A stretch of 64,000 nucleotides of DNA. Origin: Nitrososphaerota archaeon. GTDB lineage: Archaea; Thermoproteota; Nitrososphaeria_A; Caldarchaeales; Caldarchaeaceae. The number at the start of each line of letters is the position of its first letter. Position 1 is the stretch's first letter. The stretch covers positions 256,001-320,000 of the forward strand of contig JBEPYN010000002.1 in assembly GCA_041641305.1 (NCBI GenBank), read 5' to 3'. The position numbers and the translations under genes were made by a program. Under the pieces are notes generated by a model that saw only the letters and a program-made list of their open reading frames with translations, was not told the origin of the DNA and made no database searches. Positions 58,617-64,000 of this stretch are shown here, piece after piece.

Positions 58617-59249
58617 ATGAAACTTGTCAGATGCGAGCCGGGTGTCTTGGTCGCCTTGGAGGAGCATCCTGTCCAGGTGAGGGTTTCGATGTCGCAGTTT
58701 GGGTGGAATGTTAGCGAGTTTGAAGGTGTTGGCAAGTTTGCTGTCGTCGACGCCTTCACATCGGGGATCGGCGAGGCCGCAAAGAGGGAGAAGTATGTTG
58801 TCAGGGAGCCTGACGATTTTCAGGCGTTGGTGGATGTTTTGAGGGAGGCTCTTAGAGAGACTGGAGCAGAGCGATGCGTAATAGACTCTGTCACAACTCT
58901 TTACATTACTAGGCCAGCCGCAGCGAGGGGAGTTGTACTGCAGCTGAAGAAAGTTCTCTCCGGCATGGGCGTCACCTCACTGTTGATATCGCAGGTTAGC
59001 GTCACAGAGCGTGGCTTTGGGGGGCCTGGTGTGGAGCATGCGGCGGATGGGATAGTCAGGCTGGATCTTGACGAGGTCGACGGAGAGCTTAGAAGAAGTA
59101 TAATAGTCTGGAAAATGGGGGGAACTGCGCACTCGATGTCGAGACACCCCGTTGAGATAACGGATAAGGGGATGATTGTGCACAGCGGGAGGAAATTCAC
59201 CGTGTCCAGGAAGGCTGCCGAGATGGAGGCCAGAGGTGATGCCGAGTGA
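58617..59249 (+). pseudogene. KaiC/RAD55-like RecA-superfamily ATPase, N-terminally truncated
   Basis: [31 protein letters not shown] present; Walker A absent; KMGGT in place of KMRGT. Confidence 0.75.
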
Positions 59250-59785
59250 GCGAGATCCCACTCACTCCAATCGAGAGGGAGGGGATACATAGGCTCGAGT
59301 CGGCGTTAATGATAGCCACGCTCTTCAGCGAGGAGGCAATAGCAGACCTCAAAAACCCTGAGGAGAGGTTGACGTGGGTGGACAGCCTAGCCGTGGCCGC
59401 GGCCGCACTCGCCAGAGAGAAAGCCAAAATGTCCGTCTCACAAATAGCAGATGAGCTGGGGAGGTCTGAGGCCTCGATAAGGGCTCACCTAGCCGGAAAA
59501 ACAAAGGCGGGCAAACTCGTCAAAGAAACCTATGAACGCTTCATCCGGGAAGGTGTCAAGATAAAACTGCCGGAACTATTCCTGACCATGCAGGAAACAC
59601 TGACAGATAAAAGGTCTGAGGAGCTTGAGACTTTGAAGAAGAGGGTTGAGGAGTTGGAGGCGAGGGCCTCGAAACTATCATCTGTGCTGGAGAGACAAAA
59701 GGCGGCACGGGAGAAGACGATATCTCTTCTCGACGAACTCGACAAAATAATCAAAGAATTAAGAGCAACTATCTCGGGCATGTAA
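59246..59785 (+). CDS. HTH transcriptional regulator with C-terminal coiled coil (COG1318-like KaiC partner)
   Basis: [44 protein letters not shown]; GTGA overlap. Confidence 0.82.
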   Translation: MSEIPLTPIEREGIHRLESALMIATLFSEEAIADLKNPEERLTWVDSLAVAAAALAREKAKMSVSQIADELGRSEASIRAHLAGKTKAGKLVKETYERFIREGVKIKLPELFLTMQETLTDKRSEELETLKKRVEELEARASKLSSVLERQKAAREKTISLLDELDKIIKELRATISGM

Positions 59786-60151
59786 GCCAATCAATCTCAT
59801 CCCCATGGCAACGCTACGTTCATGCCAGCAGGACTAGATTCAGCCTAACTATGCTGAGTTTAAGGACTCAGCTCTCCCGCAATGGCTGGCTCAAGTAACT
59901 AGGCAGTTGAACCATATGCTAGAATAGGCATGAAGAGACGGCTCCCCCGAGCACACGGTCGCCGGCTGAGGTGGGCCATGAATACATCCTTATCAAACGT
60001 CCTATAATAAGGACCATGAGATCTTTTTCCTTGAAGATATCAGCAATCAAAACATCTTTCTTCTATGCACTGCATAAACCCAAGGCACGGACATGCAGCA
60101 AGAGAAGAGGACATAGAGTCAAAGGGAATTAGGCGACAAGGCAGTTAGGGA

Positions 60152-60835
60152 GTGAACATTTATAATTTGGTTTCTAAAGTTGAAGGACAGATGGTTGTTA
60201 AGATGTTACTTTTTTTGCTTGAAAACTGTTTAATCGATGTCAACGTAGATTATTCTGAAGTATGGTCCCATGTTCCTGAACTGGCAGGAAATGATAAGAC
60301 AAATGTTTTCGCACAATTAAGGTTGCTTAGACGTCGGTTGTCAAAAAAGAGATATTGTCAACTAGTGGAGAGAGTTTCTGAAGTGGTCGCCAATGTTGAA
60401 AAGGTGGCCGCGACACGTTCCAGATTGAATTTCGACCCATTCAGAACATTGTCAGAAGTTAGGAAGAGAGGCGTCATGGTTTACGCATTCAGCATGTTTG
60501 GGGAAGACACTGTCAGGGAACTTCTTGAGAAACATGGATTGACAGGAATTTTTGAGGGGTTTGTTTCAAGAGTGCGTGTTGACCAGCCTATCGGCTTTTT
60601 ATTTCCGTTGAGGTTGGCAAAACGACAGATCAAGGATAAACAGGGCGACATTCTTTTTGTTTGCGGCGACTCAACCACCATACGTTCCGTGAAGGAAGCT
60701 AATGTCCCTGGCATCAAGATAGCTGCGTTGCCTTTAAAACCCGCTGAGGTGAGAAACATAATCATGGCCAGGCCTGATTACTTCCTAACCAATCTTTCTG
60801 AGATAGTTGACATTTTTGACTTAGGGCTTGCCTAA
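60152..60835 (+). CDS. Degenerate HAD-superfamily-like protein (probable start ATG 60191)
   Basis: HAD-like layout (LLFxLENCLID..LEKHGL..F..FVCGDS..PDYFLTNLSEI) without the DxD nucleophile. Confidence 0.5.
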   Translation: MNIYNLVSKVEGQMVVKMLLFLLENCLIDVNVDYSEVWSHVPELAGNDKTNVFAQLRLLRRRLSKKRYCQLVERVSEVVANVEKVAATRSRLNFDPFRTLSEVRKRGVMVYAFSMFGEDTVRELLEKHGLTGIFEGFVSRVRVDQPIGFLFPLRLAKRQIKDKQGDILFVCGDSTTIRSVKEANVPGIKIAALPLKPAEVRNIIMARPDYFLTNLSEIVDIFDLGLA

Positions 60836-61308
60836 TAAAATTTTCTCCCTATTAGCCCTATTGCGACGCCATAGACAACATACGCTATGCCGTAAACTGT
60901 TACAATCTTAGCTGCTTCAAGAACAGGCATGTTTATCAAACTTAAGCCATATCCTGGGATTTCTGTATTTGTCAAATATATTGCAAAAACTATTAGCTGA
61001 ACACCGGCTATTCCAAGTCCTTTCGTTACGCTATATGTTTGGAAGATAAATGCGTAGAGAACGCCCCACAATGCCCCTATTATGAAATACGTGGTTAGGC
61101 CTATGAGCCCCAACTCGTAAGATGGGCCTGCGATTCCAAGTGTCTCAGGTATCATGGTAAACAATCTTGGGTTTTCAAACCCGAGTCCAGCAGCTAAGAT
61201 CATCACGACACTCATAGAGATTGATGCAACTACTCCGCCGACAATTCCCAGTTCGATCTTTTTCGAAAACGGTATTGATTTTTCAGCTTTCGCTATTTCT
61301 AAAGTCAT
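60832..61308 (-). CDS. Hypothetical multi-TM membrane protein
   Basis: About four hydrophobic segments; ATGA overlap with the cytochrome b gene. Confidence 0.7.
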   Translation of the reverse strand: MTLEIAKAEKSIPFSKKIELGIVGGVVASISMSVVMILAAGLGFENPRLFTMIPETLGIAGPSYELGLIGLTTYFIIGALWGVLYAFIFQTYSVTKGLGIAGVQLIVFAIYLTNTEIPGYGLSLINMPVLEAAKIVTVYGIAYVVYGVAIGLIGRKFY

Positions 61309-62135
61309 TTTTTCACCTCAAGCTTCTTCGACTCCTTTTTGAGGTTCCATCTTGTTGGATCAAAATGTTCAAGGTAAAAATCTTTCCTTATCCATCCCGT
61401 GACCATTGCCTTCAAAATAGGCCAGTTCACAGGAAGTACAGCGAAATAAACATGGCCAATCACCATACCTATCGTTAATGCTGCAAAAAGGTCGTGGAGA
61501 ACTCGGAATAGATGCTCAATTTCATAAGGTATTTGAGGTATTAGCCCATATGGATTCCAAAAATAGAGACCGGTGATGCCTAAAACTACAAGAGCTATTG
61601 TAAGACCCCAATGGAAAGTCTTCATGAATACATCATATTTCGGGATTGGTTTGTATTCTCTTACAAGTCCGAGAAAGTGTTTTGTTCTTACCCAACCGTC
61701 ACTAAGATCTTTTAAACCTATCCATATGTTCCACCATCCCTTTTTCACACCCACATCCCAGACAACATGTATAACTAGTAATCCAAGTAGGGACCATGCC
61801 ATGTTAACATGCCAGAAAATCTTAGCCTGCGTTCCCTCTATTCCCAAGGGCGCTAGAAAAGGGTCAAAGACGTTTGGAAAATATAATGCTAGCCCTGTTA
61901 GAGTCATTATACCAAGCGTTACAAAATTAAGCCAGTGAAAAAGTCTTTGAACAGGATCAAAAGCACTTATTTTTTCAGGCGTTACCTCCGGGACCATTGT
62001 TGGTGTCGGTCGGGGTTGTCTGAAAGCTCGTCTGAACCAATGGACTACGTATACTGCTACAAAGGCTAGGATTATGGCAGTGAATATTTCTGGGCTGAGG
62101 CGGACAAGTTGTGTAGTGAAATCGCCTTCAGCCAT
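61305..62135 (-). CDS. Di-haem cytochrome b membrane subunit (FdnI/HyaC-type)
   Basis: QRLFHW, WHVN, PKYD, VLHDL, IGHVYFA, AMVTGW. Probable start ATG 62135. Confidence 0.85.
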   Translation of the reverse strand: MAEGDFTTQLVRLSPEIFTAIILAFVAVYVVHWFRRAFRQPRPTPTMVPEVTPEKISAFDPVQRLFHWLNFVTLGIMTLTGLALYFPNVFDPFLAPLGIEGTQAKIFWHVNMAWSLLGLLVIHVVWDVGVKKGWWNIWIGLKDLSDGWVRTKHFLGLVREYKPIPKYDVFMKTFHWGLTIALVVLGITGLYFWNPYGLIPQIPYEIEHLFRVLHDLFAALTIGMVIGHVYFAVLPVNWPILKAMVTGWIRKDFYLEHFDPTRWNLKKESKKLEVKK

Positions 62136-62237
62136 GCCTCGGAAATTTATTTTGATAGATATAAGCATTGTCAATTAACACGAATATGGATATTACAAAA
62201 ATTTTTATATATATTGTAAGTTAGTGTAAGTTTACAC

Positions 62238-62876
62238 ATGATAAAACGGGGAGGAGGTCTCTCGAGGCGGGATTTTATCAAACTCTCCGTCACATCATCT
62301 TCACTGATTTCGGTGGCTGCGATAACTAGGCCGAACACATCTGTAGCCGCTCAGGAACCAGCGCAGCTCAAACAAACAGGTATTGAAGCTGCTTTTGCAT
62401 CACGCACAATTAGGATGCGTGTAAACGGGAAGGAATACTCTGCAATAGTTAATCCGTATGACACCCTTGTCAACGTCTTGAGAGAACAGCTTGGACTAAT
62501 AGCTACTAAACGTCCATGCAATAGAGGGGAATGTGGAGGCTGCACAGTCTTAGTAAACGGTGTCCCGATCCTTTCATGTACTTACCTAGCGGTGAGGGCA
62601 GATGGCAAGGAAATACTAACCGCTGAGGGGAGGGATTATGATCCAGTGTTGAAAACTTTACAGGATGCTTGGGTGGAAAAGGATGCAAGTCAATGTGGTT
62701 ATTGTCAACCGGGTCAGCTTATGTCAGCTACTGCCCTGTTGAAAAAGAACCCTAACCCGACAATATCAGAAATAAAGATGGCTATGAGCGGAAACCTATG
62801 CAGATGCGGAACGTATATGAATATTATTGAAGCAATACAGCTTGCCTCAGCTCGTTTGAGAGGTGGGAGCGCATGA
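62238..62876 (+). CDS. 2x[2Fe-2S] small subunit of a xanthine-dehydrogenase-family enzyme with Tat signal (PaoA/CoxS-like)
   Basis: SRRDFIK; CNRGECGGC..SC; QCGYC..GNLCRC. Confidence 0.92.
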   Translation: MIKRGGGLSRRDFIKLSVTSSSLISVAAITRPNTSVAAQEPAQLKQTGIEAAFASRTIRMRVNGKEYSAIVNPYDTLVNVLREQLGLIATKRPCNRGECGGCTVLVNGVPILSCTYLAVRADGKEILTAEGRDYDPVLKTLQDAWVEKDASQCGYCQPGQLMSATALLKKNPNPTISEIKMAMSGNLCRCGTYMNIIEAIQLASARLRGGSA

Positions 62877-64000
62877 GCGAGCCGCTGCCGGTTGTTGGGA
62901 TAAAAAAGGAACGCTACGCACTAGTTGGTAATCCGTCTATTCTCCGTGTTGATACGATGGGAAAAATAACAGGAAAATCTGTTTACACGTATGATATCAA
63001 CCCCTCCCACGTAGGAGAGTCAAGGTTTGTTTACATGGGATATGTGAGGAGCCCACATCCGCACGCTATAATTAAAAACATTGATACAAGCTTGGCTGAA
63101 GCCAGGGGATATGCCGTTGTAACTGCGCGTGATCTACCTAGATTTTCACTTGTAGGTGCAAGGCCGCATACCCCGCTACCTATTGACAGAGTTAGATACA
63201 TCGGTGAACCGGTGGCAGCGGTGGGCGCCCTCTCTCCCAATGAGGTGGAGGAAGCTATTGATCTTGTAAAGGTAGAGTATGAGCCGCTTCCTTTTGTTAT
63301 GGACCAGGAAGAGGCATTGAAGCCTGACGCTCCGAGGATATGGCCTGATGGAAACGTAGCTGGAGGTGGATTTAACCCAGAAACGGGGCCAGTTCCTCCA
63401 ACTATAACGATCAAATATGGCGATATAGAGGCCGGATTCAGAGAAGCTGATGAAATCGTCGAGGCTAAGATAGAGACACAGATAGAGCAACATTACGAGA
63501 TGGAGCCTCGAGCGATAGTTGCCTACTGGAGAGGTGGAAAACTTTACTTCAGGTATAGCGGCCAGTTTGCCCACAGCGCTCAGGCAGCTGTTGCAAACTA
63601 TTTCAGGATGCCTCTAACAGACGTTATCTTCTCCACAAGCCTAGGAGGAGAGTCGGGACATGTACTGGGCATGGCTCTGGGAAACAAGTCGGCACCCATA
63701 GAGGACTTGATTGTTGTAGCAACAATGGCGAGAACAACTGGCGCCGCAGTTAAGTATGGTCCGACAAGATTCGATAATGCCTTAGCCCCTCACCAAAGGT
63801 TCCCAATAAGAGGCTATATCAAGTTTGGAGGAAAAAGGGATGGAACATTCACAGCAATGCAGGCGCGACTAGTCATCAACGTAGGTGCATACGGCGGATC
63901 ACAGGGATCTGATGCGATTTCCGACTTCTATCATGCTTACACCGTTCCAAACGTCTCGCTGGAGGCAATATCTGCAAACACGAACGCCTTCGGATACTCA
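62873..64000 (+). CDS. Xanthine-dehydrogenase-family Mo-binding subunit, partial (runs off the window; absent from the ORF track)
   Basis: ATGA overlap; manual translation gives LRVDTMGKITGKSVYTYD..VRSPHPHA..VRYIGEPVAAV..VEYEPLP..HYEMEPRA. Confidence 0.88.
   Translation, partial: MSEPLPVVGIKKERYALVGNPSILRVDTMGKITGKSVYTYDINPSHVGESRFVYMGYVRSPHPHAIIKNIDTSLAEARGYAVVTARDLPRFSLVGARPHTPLPIDRVRYIGEPVAAVGALSPNEVEEAIDLVKVEYEPLPFVMDQEEALKPDAPRIWPDGNVAGGGFNPETGPVPPTITIKYGDIEAGFREADEIVEAKIETQIEQHYEMEPRAIVAYWRGGKLYFRYSGQFAHSAQAAVANYFRMPLTDVIFSTSLGGESGHVLGMALGNKSAPIEDLIVVATMARTTGAAVKYGPTRFDNALAPHQRFPIRGYIKFGGKRDGTFTAMQARLVINVGAYGGSQGSDAISDFYHAYTVPNVSLEAISANTNAFGYS

Noticed and set aside
59786-60151. Long intergenic region with a small GCTGAGT/ACTCAGC hairpin as an ncRNA
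   Set aside because: A 7-bp stem alone is not significant, and I saw no C/D-box or other RNA family signature.

Overview
Archaeal chromosomal segment, probably from a thermophilic TACK archaeon. Aigarchaeota/Caldarchaeales-like is my inference from BHB-intron tRNAs, archease, HEPN-MNT pairs, a KaiC-like/COG1318 pair and TATA boxes about 25 bp ahead of start codons. It is dominated by heterotrophic scavenging genes: four LivKHMGF-type ABC importers, three luciferase-like (LLM/Mer-type) oxidoreductases, three xanthine-dehydrogenase-family Mo subunits, an aldehyde dehydrogenase, and KDG aldolase/kinase. It also carries a 2.6-kaa glycosylated surface protein, three intron-containing tRNAs (Gln-CTG with two introns, Ser-TGA, Leu-TAG) and several decayed loci beside tRNAs. 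Best candidates for novelty: (1) an in-frame PyrI-PyrE fusion upstream of pyrF; (2) an amino-MTase coupled to an uncharacterised, apparently multi-winged-helix protein; (3) a Tat-exported Mo oxidoreductase with a divergent cytochrome b; (4) a CBS-HPF-like fusion; (5) compositional mosaicism in the giant surface gene; (6) a decayed tRNA-Ser copy abutting a truncated KaiC-like gene. No CRISPR array, rRNA, transposase or integrase was seen. All family calls come from motif recognition by eye, not database searches.
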